The position numbers and the translations under genes are program-made. The notes under the pieces were generated by a model. The model saw only the letters and a program-made list of their open reading frames with translations, did not search any database and was not told where the DNA came from. Shown here piece after piece: positions 25,448 to 38,094 of a stretch of 64,000 nt of DNA. This DNA is from Chlorokybus atmophyticus (lineage: Eukaryota > Plantae > Mesostigma and Chlorokybus algae): contig RHPI01001559.1 in NCBI GenBank assembly GCA_009103225.1, positions 300,735 to 364,734 on the forward strand, in the 5' to 3' direction. Every line of letters starts with the position of its first letter. Within the stretch, counting starts at the first letter, position 1.

Positions 25448-26382
25448 GTCAGCCCAGTAGCGATGTTTTCAACCAGCGGACGGCAATAGTATGCCCACGA
25501 TAGCGCATCCATGCTGTTATCCAATTAGTAGCAGGGGGCCCTTCCCTCCAGGGCCGCCCGTCTGCATAGATAACTTGCTCGCATTACGTTATTGTGCATT
25601 GAAGGGCAAGTTGGAGCATTGCACTTGGCCAAAAAGTGGACTCTATGTGACATGCTGCAGCATGTTTTCTACTTCAACTTCAACTTCCACAAGTTGCACC
25701 CGGCTCAGTGCACCAGTCGCCAGAGGCGAACAAGTTGCACCGCGTACATTGTAAACCTCGGAAATTTGATCTTATCCGTATAGCAAAGGCCTTTGTCGCT
25801 TTGTAGCCATGTCGCATGGTCCGTAGCCAAAAAGCTTCCAAAGCAAATTGGGATTCCCAGGCCACTAGGAAGCTTTGCCCCAGGGCTGGGAAGCATTGGA
25901 TACAACGACCTCTGAGTTGCGTCTCTCGCTGACCGGCTATCCACGGGTCTTGATGAAAGGCATTTACCGGGGACTCGCAGTCTTTCGGTCACAGCCGCCT
26001 GCTCTGGCATTCAGATGTTCGGCATATGTACTGATCGACAGCGGTCACGTAAAGACCCACCGCTCGCAATTTGACCATAACGTCGGCTTCCTAACCTCAA
26101 ACTTTGCGTTAGCTTTGTAGTGAAGCAAATTGCCCTGAGCAAGCCATGCTCAGCATGACGTATTGCCTTCCTCACGTTACGACAGCCGTCACACGCGTTA
26201 GTTTAGTGAATCTGCGCTAGGGTTTGGTGCAGTACAGAGCAGCCAGCTAGGAGGTGGTTGGTGTTGCCGAAGTTGTCGAAGGCGTCGTTGTTGTTGTCGG
26301 CGCCGGCGTCGTCTGTGTTGGCGGTGCAGTGGACTGGTTTGAACGGCCGGCGTGGCGGCAGTTGCAGCAGGGCAATTTCAAC

Positions 26383-27508
26383 ATGGCGCTCACGGCCTTC
26401 GTCGGACGGGTGCTGTTCTCCGCCATCTTCGTGATCAGCGGCTTGATGAAGTAAGTGGTGGTGGTGCATGTGGTGCATGGGCGGTGGATGGGAGGGGTTG
26501 TGGCCCTTACCGTAGCCGCTGTTGTTGGTGTCGGGACCCTGTTGCGTGCGTCAGTGCGTTAGTGCCTTTGCGTTTGGCACGCTGAGGGCAGCATGCGACA
26601 GTGGCCGTCATGCGCAATATGCTGGGAGCATCGTGCTTGCATGAGTTGCTGCTTTTCCGTTATATACATTTATGGCTGTGTTACATACGAGTTGCAGTGT
26701 TTTCAGCAGCATGACAGTAGTTTCAAATCTGTTGGAACGTCCAAGCCCCTCAACCATTATTTTCTGGCGCAGATTGTCGCTGTATGACGCCAAGAGCGGC
26801 GGCCCTGTTGTGCAGGCGATGATCCCAAAGCTTGAGACTTTCAGCCAACATTTTGGCGGTATTCCCATCCCTGAGGTACCATCAAATCACAGTGTGCTGT
26901 GGTACATGGTTGTTGCTTGGAGCATTGCAATGCAATGCAATGTTTTCATGCATGATCTTAGGGCCCTTTGTGCGTTTATATCTGCAGGTGAAGTACCTCC
27001 TCCTCATCGCCATCTTCCTCGAGCTTGTTGGCGGCCTTCTGTTTATCTTTGGCAGCAGTGTCGGTGCCTACTTCTTGGTGAGCATGCACACTCATTGGCG
27101 TAACCAGTGTCACTGACTCCGTCATTGGTGCAGAATGCTGTATGCAATGTAGCAGTTCTCACTGTCGTGGTATTTTGCCTTTCGCAGATCCTCTTCACGA
27201 TCGGTGTGACGCCAGTCATGCACAACTTCTGGGACTTTGAGAAGGACACTCCTGAGCAGCAGGCTGAAATCAACAACTTCATGAAGGTATTGACCAGCTT
27301 TTATACTTGCATGGTCCTGAGTTGGTGCGTAATGTGACATACCATACGCACGTATGGAGAGGTATGTACATGGTTGGGCAATGCCTTTCCTGCATAGGTA
27401 ACGTCGTGGCTGTGCATTGATTTGCAGAATTTGGCACTGGTGGGTGCCCTGTTGTTCTTCCTGGGCCAGGCGAGCTACAAGGCAGCTGGCAAGGTCAAGA
27501 CCAATTAA
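26383..27508 (+). CDS. HR-like lesion-inducer / SURF4-DoxX-like ER membrane protein
   Basis: Exons 26383-26450, 26773-26875, 26988-27077, 27188-27286 and 27428-27508 encode MALTAFVGRVLFSAIFVISG...GGPVVQAMIPKL...LELVGGLLFIFGSSVGAYFL...HNFWDF...NFMKNLALVGALLFFLG...KVKTN*, ending in a KxKxx ER-retrieval motif. Confidence 0.88.
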
Positions 27509-27759
27509 GCTGCATGTTGAACTGGTGGGAATCATTCCATGCTCCGGACCTGACATGTCGGTCATCTGCATGCCAAATGCTCAAGTGATGCACCAGACTG
27601 CTGTCTACCATGTGCAAGCATTGATTCATCGTGACTGCAATATGGTTAAAGCTTTATTGCAATGTCAAAAACTTGACATGCGTTTTGCGTGCATGAGTGT
27701 TGCATTGTTGACTGTCCCTCAGTGGCTGCAAGCTTGCTAACATCTCTTCTTCTCGCCAG

Positions 27760-27969
27760 TTGGACCGGCTGGTGCGCACGGTACTTTGGAAAATTGTCCT
27801 TTTTCCTTACTGGATTATTGCCACGCCGCTGGGCCGCGCCTTCTTCTTCTTGGGGCTGGGCCTGTTCATGCCGAATGCTATCACGCGCAGCGTCTTCCCG
27901 GGCTTCAATGTGCAGAGCGCGATAGCAAAGTTCAGAGCTCAGTTAGCCCAGAGTGAGCAAGAGGAGTGA
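27760..27969 (+). CDS. Candidate alternative terminal exon of the HR-like gene
   Basis: A pyrimidine-rich acceptor ctcttcttctcgccag precedes 69 open codons (LDRLVRTVLWKIVLFPYWIIATPLGRAFFFLGLGLF...QSEQEE*). It is in phase 0 with a donor AAG|gtcaag at 27493/27494. Confidence 0.55.
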   Translation: MDRLVRTVLWKIVLFPYWIIATPLGRAFFFLGLGLFMPNAITRSVFPGFNVQSAIAKFRAQLAQSEQEE

Positions 27970-28962
27970 AAGACAATAGAGACAGGACCGCATAAGGACT
28001 GCATGACTGATTGAGTAGTGTTGTTCCCATCTTGTGTTTCGCGCGTGATAGCTGGTGCTGCAAATTTGCCCATTGCCCATGGAGGGTTATGTCCCTCTTC
28101 AATCATTGCATCACCAGCTTCATGCGTCAAATGCCAGTGAGGTCCATAACTATTGCTCTACATGACCATGATGTAGGTCAATGCAATGGTGTTTGCATCT
28201 AAAGAGATGCACTGTCCAACGCATGATCAATAAATAAGTACAATCTACAGTGTATTTGTATTCAGGCACTGTGTACAAAAGAATGGTGATAGAATTGTGC
28301 TTGTGTGAAGTGAGGTTATTCACATCAATCAAGCTCAGTACAGGTAACTTGTTGCTCCTAGACACAGCACATATCCTATACACTTGCATTGCACATTACT
28401 CACGCACAAATTCCCATTGCATCTCTTGTACACCACTCCTGCCACCGCGCACAACAACATTAGTCTGCAGGGAGCAAGCGCAACAAAGCAGTGGTTCACC
28501 AACAGTGCGGTGCCGTAGTTATTGTCATTGATATTAGTGTCGAATCTTATATGGCCAAGCATACTGCGGTTGATATATGAATTTACCAACTGTTGACCAC
28601 CTGCAGCTGATCAACTACATTCAGCACCAGTCACGCACATAGCTTTCCTCCTCGACACTGCTTTAGGCGGTCCTAGCAAGTGTGCCAGCATGTCGACGTA
28701 TACCATAGGCATGTCTGTGCCCTCTGCTCACTTATGCCAATCGAATGCCTGGTTGTAATGTTGCAAAGGTCATCACGCGAGTGTCATAACATGGCCAATT
28801 CTAGGTTGTATTGTCCAAAGACACGGGAAGTTTAAGAATGTTGATAAAAGACAATCACAACCACTTCACTCTACACTCTGCTGTACAGACAGTGATATAA
28901 CAAACACATCCATGCGACACAACATCTCTAGTAGAAGCAGCATCAGTTGATGCTGTTGTTGT

Positions 28963-30255
28963 TCATTGAGGCAAGGGAGGCCGCTCGCCGAACCTCAGCT
29001 CGTGCATCGCCGCGTACGCCGGGTGCAACTCGCGAATGGCGTACACGTCGAGGTACTCGCTGCACTCGAAGCACCATATCGACAGATCCCTGCAAGAGAG
29101 AGACACACAGAACCCAACATGTTGGCAACATGATGTGACGCGCTCCATCGGTCGGTGTTGGTCTGATGTGTGTCACCCACCTGAGGCCGAAGACGAGCGG
29201 GTGCGTCTGGTTTTTGAAGTGCTGGAGCATGTGGCCCTTGACGTAGCGGCCGCAGTAGAGCGCACCGCAGTGGAGGCACAGCCAGTTCTCCCCCACCGCG
29301 CCGCACCTGCATGTGCGTGTGTACATGTGTGCATGTGTACATGTGTGCGTGTGCAAGTGCGTGTGCGTGAGCATGTATGTGTGTGCGCGCTTGCACGCGC
29401 GCATGCATATGTATGCGTGCAAGCTCATGCATGCACGCGCGCGCTGCATGCACACGTGTATGCATGTGTGCATGTGTGCGCGCATGTATGTGTGGGTCAA
29501 TTTGTACATATGTGCGTGTGCACGCCGTTGTGCGAACGCGCATTGTGTGCATGTGTGCGCGCGCGAATGTGTGTTCTGTAAGTGCTTAGTCGGATGCAAT
29601 GTTGTGGAATTAGGCCGCCGCATTGCACACAAGCGATTCCTATCTTACGTCAGGCACTGTTCATCGAAGGAGCGCGGCAGAGGCGGGAGCACGTTGTCTC
29701 GCGGGAGGTCGCGCACGTGTGGGCAGTCGCGCGCCGGACGCACCCACACGCCCTCCTGGTACGCATGCGATTCACACATGATGAGACGGAGAGTGACACA
29801 TACGTGTGCGTGTGTGTGCATATGTGTCGCGTGGCACGTTATGGTGTGGCACATACATGGCATGTATGTGTATGAGTGTTTGTAGTGTGCACACAAACAT
29901 TGCACACTACAAAGACGATGCCACGCACACACATGTACACACCAGCACGTACGTCAATACTGTAAGGTCACATGCTCAAGCACCGGCTTGCCCACACACA
30001 TACACACATGCGCAAACCCAACCACGAAACCTACACAAACCACACAACACACCTCACTGCACGACACACCCACCCCACCTGTTCCGACGCTGCGCCCCCC
30101 GTCGCGGGCTCCGCAGCATCGAGCTCCTCCTCCTCCGGGTCCTCGTCGTTGTCGAGGTGGATCGCCGCCGTCTCCACCTCCAGCTGGCCCTCCGCATGGC
30201 CCTCCTCCTCGGCGTCGTCGGGATCGACAACCACCTCCTTGCCCTTGTCGGCCAT
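28963..30255 (-). CDS. Stand-alone ZnF-UBP (BUZ) ubiquitin-binding protein, HDAC6-type, with an acidic N-terminus
   Basis: Exons 30255-30079, 29755-29649, 29306-29181 and 29089-28963 encode [11 protein letters not shown]...[32 protein letters not shown]...[21 protein letters not shown]...HELRFGE. Confidence 0.88.
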
Positions 30256-31274
30256 GACGTGGGTGGGGGTGGGGGTGGGGGTGGGTTGGAGAGTGGGTGG
30301 GTGTCCTCTCACAGCTTTGCAGCTTCTCTCCTTGCTCTGCGCATGGACGTGACAATTGATTGATTTAGTCGTTCATGCAGATGACAATTGTGACTGTGGA
30401 CTTCATCGTTCATGCGCCAAGTCTCTTTCTTTCTATCCATCTATCTTGTTCCATCGACTGAGTTTTGTTTCACATATCCTATTCTGCCCCGCTCGTTCGT
30501 TACCACAAATACTATGCATCAGCAGCGTGCGAGAGCTATATATACCGCAAGAAGCAGAACCATGGGCAACTTGCACAGATTGCACAAATAGGTGGTAAGC
30601 GAGGGGTGGAAACAACATGATGTACGCAACCGGGAAAGCCAAACAATTGCCACAATTGGTTGCAGCAGCGTCAAGAGCTAAACACAGCAGTGGATATTCA
30701 TGAGCTCAACAGTAATCAGAACAAGAAACAAACAAACACCGATACCTGTTTAAGGCAGGGAAGGCTTCTCTCTCTCAAATACACACACTCTCAATACCTA
30801 CCCCGCCTCTCCTCCCTGATCTAGCTGTCTTCCTGTTGGCGCTTCTTCTTGCGTGCAGCAATAAGTAAACAACCAAAGCTCTCTCTGCTGCTCTTCTGCT
30901 TCTACTTACTTACGCAAGAGAACACACGTCGCACTCAAATACGCTACGAGCATCAACAACCATCAAACAACCACATCAACATGCACAAACACACACCTGA
31001 ACACAGTAGCAGCCGTCAGCACACAAGGTCGGTTGCCCAGATCGACCGATCTGGCCTTGTTTGAGACTTGGAGACGAACGGGATCGAAGGCCCTGAGCAG
31101 AGAGATCAGAGAGCTGACAGAGGCAGCAGAGATCGCCACGTGGCGGCGGCGGCGGCGGCGGCGGGGTGACACAAAGGCAGAGCAGCAGGAAGAGGAGGAA
31201 GAGGAGGAGGAAGGAAACAAGCAGTGGAGAAGGTTGCGGAGGGGTAGAAGCGAGAACCTCCTTCCCCCGCAAGC

Positions 31275-33042
31275 ATGGCGGACAGGAGCGCTGGCGGCGA
31301 AGAAGGCACGGCCACAGCTCCGGTAAAGCACATCAAATGCTTGACACCCTGTCTATGGTTAGCTTTGTCTCTGTCTCATAGAAGTTTTCATGCAATCATG
31401 CTCGGTAGTTGTGCATTGTTGCCTGTGTGCACATGCTTAAGTAACACTGCCGGAAGGAGTGCCTATCTTTCTTTCAGTGCCAAGGACAACTTCAAGCCAC
31501 ACTTTCAAACACCGCCAAATGTAAGCTTGTCGACCATGACTCTTCTTTGCTGTCGATGGCCTGCAGGCTGGTCCGGTGCCCAGCCGACACGACGTGGTGA
31601 TATACACAACGTCTTTCAGGACAGTCCGAAAAGTGTTTGAGGTGAGAGGCGTTTGCCAGTTCAGTGCTGTACACATGCATTGTTGCAGTTGTTGTTGCTG
31701 CTGTTATGCTGGTTCAGTGTTGCAATCCATGCAGTTGAGTTGTTCTGATTGACTGTATGTCGCAGGAGTGCACCAAAGCCCGCCTGCTGCTGGAAGCCCA
31801 CAGAGTCCCCTTTGACGAAAGGTAAGGAGACCAAACCCAATCTGAGTGTATGCACGCACGCATGCACACGCATGCACACATCTTGCAGAATGCAAACATG
31901 CCTGGGCGGTTGTTACTCACTGTGTTGTAGTAAGCTGAGATGAGAGGCTTTGCAGCTTGATAACACGGCTGTTATGTCATAGTGCACACAGACATTCACA
32001 CTCAGTGGACATGTTTGGACATGTTTTCTTGGTTGAGCACTGTCCAATGTGCGCCAGCACATGCACATACTCTACTTGTTGTTCACACATTACAAAGTGT
32101 CCAGTTGGACATGTTTCCTTGATTGAGCACTGTCCAATGTGCGCCAGCACATGCACATACTCTACTTGTTCTTCAAACATTACAAAGTGTCCAGTTGACG
32201 TGATGAGTATTGCTTTGGTCTTGCAGGGACACAGCGATGAGCATCGACTTCAGGGAGGAGCTGAAAGCCAGGACTGGTGGCACTGCAACCGTCCCGCAAA
32301 TCTTCATCAGAGATCAACACATTGGGGTAAGAAGTAAAAAAGGGGGAGAGTGAGAAGTGCAGGCTGCCTACAGCTAGGAGTTATTTAATATACAGTTGTG
32401 TAATTCACTTAGTGTCTTTGTGAGGAACGGTAAGCCAACGAGGCTGTTTGTGCAATGCTTGCAGGGGCTGGAGGAGTTGGAAGACCTGAATGAAGAGGGG
32501 GAGCTGCAGGTAAGAAGTCTTGATTGATTTTGTATGACTTGGCGAGTGAGCATGCGTGCGCGCGGGTGCGTACATACGCACACACGCACACTTAGGCGGT
32601 CAACCACGCGCATGCATGCGTGTTCGCACGTGTGCGTGCACGCCGCGCACAATTTTTGAACTTGGCACTAAACCCATGAGGATGACGACCATGTACACCG
32701 TGTAGACTACAACAACAAACCACTTGTTGGAACAGAAACTGCTGGAGGGAATAGAGCGGGGAGGCGCGTCGGCGCTAAGGCACTGCGACGAGTGCGGGGG
32801 GAAGCGCTTCATGCTCTGCGGGGAGTGCCATGGCAGCCGCAAAGTGCAGGTCAGTGCTCTCATTTATGCCACACGCACAACATTAGTCACGTGGATGCGC
32901 GTGCGCGTGCGTGTGTGTATGTCCCCAGACATGTTGGAATTCTGATATAACATGCGTGCGCGTCCAGGTGTTGGCGGGCGATGTCCAACAATGCGGCAGC
33001 TGCAACGAGAACGGCCTCCGGCGATGCATAACATGTGGCTGA
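31275..33042 (+). CDS. Glutaredoxin-like protein with a C-terminal 4xCxxC zinc finger (GRXCR / plant GRX-like class)
   Basis: Exons 31275-31322, 31567-31641, 31766-31821, 32227-32326, 32465-32509, 32736-32849 and 32968-33042 encode VVIYTTSFRTVRKVFEEC...FDERD...FREEL...TVPQIFI...HIGG...LNEEGEL...CDECGGKRFMLCGECHGSRK...CGSCNENGLRRCITC*. Confidence 0.92.
32015..32195. repeat. Intronic 90-bp tandem duplication (2 copies)
   Basis: ttggacatgttt...caaagtgtccag starts at 32015 and again at 32105, with about 4 mismatches. Confidence 0.9.
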
Positions 33043-34589
33043 GTCGTGTAGCGTGCGTTGACACGCCATCCGCCAGGACACAAAAGAAAAGTATGTTGTA
33101 TCTGACTTTGTCTACAGTCGTCGTGTGCAGAGATACATGTATTACCGATTGATCTGCGTTGGGCACCTGTATCTTTTCTGCACAGTCCATCGTTTGTGTG
33201 GCAAATAGCGAAGTGCTGACAATCAAGCTCAATCCACGCGGGGCCTGCATGGATTTTGCTGCGGCGTATAAGGGCTGGGCTGCATCTGCGCTCGGTCACA
33301 ACCTTGCCCAGCAGCTCCGCTCTTCCATGTGCAATAGACTGAACTCAATAGCCAGTGAGTTAGCAGTGTTGCACAAACAAAGTGCATCTGTGTTGCTGCG
33401 AAGACACATGTTGTATTGTCACTTGAGCGTCTTTTTCGTATATGCGTCCAATGCTGTGTAGGCCATACACACTGGGCAGTATACTGCACATCGGTTGATT
33501 GATTGAACATTGATTGAACACCTACTGCTCAACATTGTTTCATTACACAAAAACTTTTCACCCAGCATCTGTCCATGCGACATAAGCACAGGCGTGTTAA
33601 GCAATGGCAGTAACTGTTGACAGACATTGATTGTTACATTCCCCGTGGGGCATGCCACTATATGTTAAAGACAATGCAAGATGGAGTAAAAGAAATAGAC
33701 TGCAAGGATTGTGGCATGCATGAGAGTGTGACACACACATGCATGAGCAGTCTACTCACCACACCATGAAGCACTCTCATCTCAACCACCGGGCTGCTAA
33801 CCTAGCCGCTACCTACCTTCTCTATTGCCCATACCCCCATTAGACGTGCATGCATGCATGCGTGCACGTCTAATGCGTCATCACCTGCACATGCGCCTTG
33901 GTTAGCGGCCTTGCTCTAGCAGTAGCAACCTCACCATCAGCAGACCCAACGGACTCCCCCTCCCAACCCCCCGCCGCCACCTCCCACCCGCCTACCGCCG
34001 TCTTGTCAACTGCCGGCTTGCGGTTTTGTCAGTACACTCATGCATGTATAGCAGGCAAGGAGACTTCCTCTGCGACAGTGCATGTCGTGACTGTGTATGT
34101 ACATGCATGCGTTTGTGGGTGCACATGTGGCTATGGGAACTGATGCTTGTGCGGACTTGGTTCACCATGAATGGCGGTGAGTGTTAATACACACATAGCA
34201 TAACATACTTAATGGGCCAGCCCGATTGCTTGTTGCATGCATGGCATGACACTGGCATTGACACTCCCTTGTGATCTTATGTGATCGAGACAAGAATGAT
34301 TGACTTGCAGTACACAGACACGATGAAGCATGCCCTCTTCCAATCTCAATCAACCTCACACAAGCAGCTCAATTCCACCTGCGCGAATTGCGCACACCAA
34401 TTACAGTCACATCAGCAACATCTTTGCCCTACGAACACGCCATGAGAACTTTGAACACGCACACTCCCGCATGTACACACTCCCTCCCCTTCCCCCCCCC
34501 TCCCCCCAGTACACTACAAATCCATAACCCCTATACACAAGCCCACCCCCACACTAATAGATATTGCTTTACACAACAAGAACCCCTCT

Positions 34590-35879
34590 TTATGTGCGAA
34601 GGTAGCGCAGCGCGGCTTCGCGCACGAATGCCGGCAAGCGCACCGGCCTGTACGCCGCGTTGAGTAGCACGACAACACCGATTGCCGTGCAAACCAGCTC
34701 GAATGGATGATGTTGATAGTGATGATGACGGCCGTTGGCTGTTGTGCTGCTGCTGCTGCTGCTGCTGTGGTGCTCCCCGTTGAGCCGTGGATACTGCAAG
34801 CAACAGTGTAACCAGTCTGTAAGTGCAGTTGCTGCAGACTGTGTAAGGACTGTGAGTGTTTTGAGCAAAATCACCCGCGGACAGGTGTGAGCATGCACGC
34901 ACGCACACATGCGCACCTTGTACACTTCATGGTAGACGTTAAGTCGCGCGGCGGTGACAGACAAGCTGCTGAGGCGTACAAAGAAGCTGCCAATGACACA
35001 TGTCCACATAAGCCAACAGTACACACACCATGCAACTACAGAAAACATGCCACACAGCATACCGGTCTCCCGAGCGCAGCGGAGCGTAGAACTTGATCTC
35101 TTTGTACTCTGGAATGGCAAAGGCAAACCCACTTGCCCTCGTAGCCTCGTCAATATTGCAGCCGATCCCATCCATCCACTCATGCCTCGCATGCTGCAAG
35201 GCAGCAGAGTGTTTGCAACAGATAATGCACACGTGGATCGACCTCCACAAGTTAAACTACCTCGTGATTATGCTGAGACAGTGATGAACAGGACACATGC
35301 GCGCGTTCGGACACATACGCACGCACGTGCACCCACCCACCCCCACCCAAATGTGTGCGCGTTCGTGTGGGTGTGGGTGCGCGTGACCACGGCGCGCACA
35401 TAACCAAACACCTACGTGCACACGTGCCCAGCAATGTGGTCTTGCTGACTTACTTGGAGGTAGTTGAGGTAGACAGCATTGTTGACCACACCAAACTGAT
35501 CGAGCTCATAGTCCCGCACGCCAAGTGCAGGACTGTCCCACGCGCGCCCCCGCGCACTCCTCACATCGCCCTCAATCCAGTCATTGCTTGTTGTCGTTGC
35601 TGTTTGTGATGTTGCTGTCGCTGTCTTTGTCGCCGTTGTTGATGGTGTGGGTGGGAGTTCAACCATACTCGATGTGTTCACGGGTGTTGTGGACAACTCC
35701 CCAATGGTTGCGCGAGTGGCTTGCGATGAAGAAGTTGTTGACAAGTGGTGATGGTGATGCTGCTTCCTCCTGCCTCTGGACCTGGCGCTGTTGAGTGGAA
35801 GTCTGCTGCTGCACTGTGATGCGGACTTGCATTCTTTGACTGTGCGGAAAGCAGCTGCTGCACCATCTGTTGTAGACAC
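34590..35879 (-). CDS. Hot-dog-fold acyl-lipid thioesterase (ALT / 4HBT family) with a Ser/Thr-rich transit-peptide-like N-terminus; start codon unresolved
   Basis: Exons (upstream to 35454), 35193-35063, 34986-34917 and 34793-34590 encode [27 protein letters not shown]...IKFYAPLRSGDRFFV...VVLLNAAYRPVRLP. Confidence 0.85.
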
Positions 35880-35917
35880 GCAGTCTAAGTTGTTGCGTAC
35901 TGAGACTGCGTGTCTAC
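35872..35917. other. Perfect 15-bp-stem hairpin
   Basis: gtagacacgcagtct (35872-35886) and agactgcgtgtctac (35903-35917), 16-nt loop. Confidence 0.9.
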
Positions 35918-36963
35918 TCCCAGACGCGTGTTGCGCAATGTGCCGTCAGGCAATCACCCACACATGTAAACCGTATGGACAGCGTCACACTATGCATCGA
36001 AGAAAGATGCAGATTGCGAGAATACATCTGGACTTGACACCGACACATAAGCGCGCAGCATATGTGAGCCTACATGCTTTGTTTGAGTTGTCTGAGCTTG
36101 GTTGGCATGCATTGTTCCTCTGCTTAACCTGTTGCTGTCGCATGGGTGGGAACCGCCACTGCCGCCAGCGCCCAAGTCCCTTGCATGGCTGGCCTCCACT
36201 AAGCACTTCGCAGGAGATTTTCAGCAGCAGGAGCCGCAGGCAAATGTGTGACTCAAACTCACTGTGTCAACGTGATTGGTAATGGCACTGTACTAATGTT
36301 CCAGCAAGCTCAGGGCTTCCGCCAGTGCCAGTGCTGGGGAGATTGCTGTCTGTTGGCTGTGCTTCTGGTCAGCTCCCTCGCCACAGTCAATCCGCATGCC
36401 ACATGCGTGACCACACTACAACCCTGCGACGCAACGTCCGCCGACAACCAGCTATACACCCAGCTACACCACCGCCACCGCCACTGCCGCCCTCTACACC
36501 AGCTGACTGATTGACACGTCACCAGCATGCCAACTCGGCAGCACTTGGCGGGAGAGAAATGACTGAGAGAAACGGGGGTTATGTTAACCGGCTCGTCCGC
36601 ACGCTAAGCCGGAAGAGTGTGCGCTGACCTTAACCGGGGGTCCTTGCTACCGTAAATGAGCGAGGAAATCGGTTAGCCTGACCGGCATTTGCCGGCTTGC
36701 TTTGACGGTGTTCACTGCTGGTGAACTGGGAGCAATCAGATCAAGCGTCGCGATCATCGTATGTTATTGTCCAAGCGCATGCCAAGCTGTGCGGCGGGGC
36801 CAACGAGCGGACCGGAGCGCACGTGAGGGTCCCGAGGAAGGAAAGGACTAGGTGGGTCCTTGAGCCATGCAGCCGTCCGACCCCGGGAGGTGCCGATATG
36901 TCGGAGATGTTCAATGAGTGTCATACAATTTGCACTGTTGCGAGATAAAAGCTTTGTTGTTTG

Positions 36964-36967
<4 letters not shown>

Positions 36968-37045
<78 letters not shown>
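36968..37045. repeat. (CT)39 microsatellite
   Basis: Direct reading. Confidence 0.97.
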
Positions 37046-37049
<4 letters not shown>

Positions 37050-37980
37050 TATATATGACNCATGTAAAGGTACAAACCAAGACATGTATGACTGCCAATA
37101 ATAAGAGTCTTTTTATGTGAAATGATATGCGTTTTCGTGAATGCGGTGTAATACACGTTGCAATGAATAGTTCTTCAGTCTTATCAAATTTAACAACTCC
37201 CTTGCAATTGCTTACGCGCGATCATAAGATATTGAATGCGCATCCATCTTTATAAAACATGTGTGTGGTTCATTCGCATTATATACATGCTTTAATTATG
37301 CGCAATTCATGTAGCACAACTTGTCCATAAACACCGTTTACAGAACACAGAGGCCATGCATATGCCAATTGCATAAGCAAAGTTCATATAATACAAATGT
37401 AGGCTATACGTACACTTGACAAGCACTTTCACACATTGTGTTTTCAGTAGTACACAGCTGAATTGTAATGTAAGAAAGTGTGCAGAGTAATCAAGAAATC
37501 ACTCGCCCATACTTATAGCTAATCAGCTGATATTGGACAGCTAATAATAGCCTAGCTGTTACGAGTTCATTATTAGCAATGGTGACATCCATATTGCAAT
37601 CAGATATATAAGTGTGGGTGATGTGCTATTTAACCTTCTTACCAATATCAAAAATGCATATTATGAAGATGATACCTTTTCAGATGTACATGGGTGCGGC
37701 GATAATGTTGCTTGCAATCACACTATATGTATGATGTACGTAGAAGTATCATTGTTTAAGTAACATTGCACGAAGCACAGTCTTTCAACAATGGGTGTGC
37801 AAGTATAAGCAGCGAGACATGAAGGCACAATCTTTGCCACGGAAGCCAAAGCAAAGTTTACAACCTGCTAGGCTATACCACATATGCATAAAGCAAGGTC
37901 TTTGATTACATCTTACACTTCACATCAACCCGCATTTCATTCTTTGTACACCACACTTTCCCACCACTCAAAGCATCCAT

Positions 37981-38059
37981 TGTAACGGGAAGGTACATTA
38001 GATTACCACAAATCGACCATGAAAGCACCAAGTCTTTTGTGGTCGAGTGGGCTGTGACA
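37981..38059 (+). repeat. TRIM 5' LTR
   Basis: tgtaacggga...gctgtgaca, preceded by the TSD and followed by the PBS. Confidence 0.93.
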
Positions 38060-38094
38060 TTGGTCATCGGAGCTTGAGACCCGGGTTCAATTCC
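38040..38094 (+). promoter_or_regulatory. tRNA-type (type 2) Pol III A-box and B-box spanning the LTR/PBS junction
   Basis: A-box TGGTCGAGTGG (38040-38050) and B-box GGTTCAATTCC (38084-38094) start 44 nt apart, as in a tRNA. A D-stem GTCG/TGAC and a partial T-stem can form. Confidence 0.65.

Noticed and set aside
28943-29932. His/Thr/Cys/Val-rich ORFs on both strands
   Set aside because: They come from (CA)/(TG)-rich intron sequence. The same applies to similar ORFs at 15.2-16.1 kb and 19.2-19.7 kb.
36560-36950. GC-rich block with repeated (a/g)ccgg motifs as an ncRNA or TE
   Set aside because: No termini, conserved boxes or recognisable fold, so it cannot be supported.
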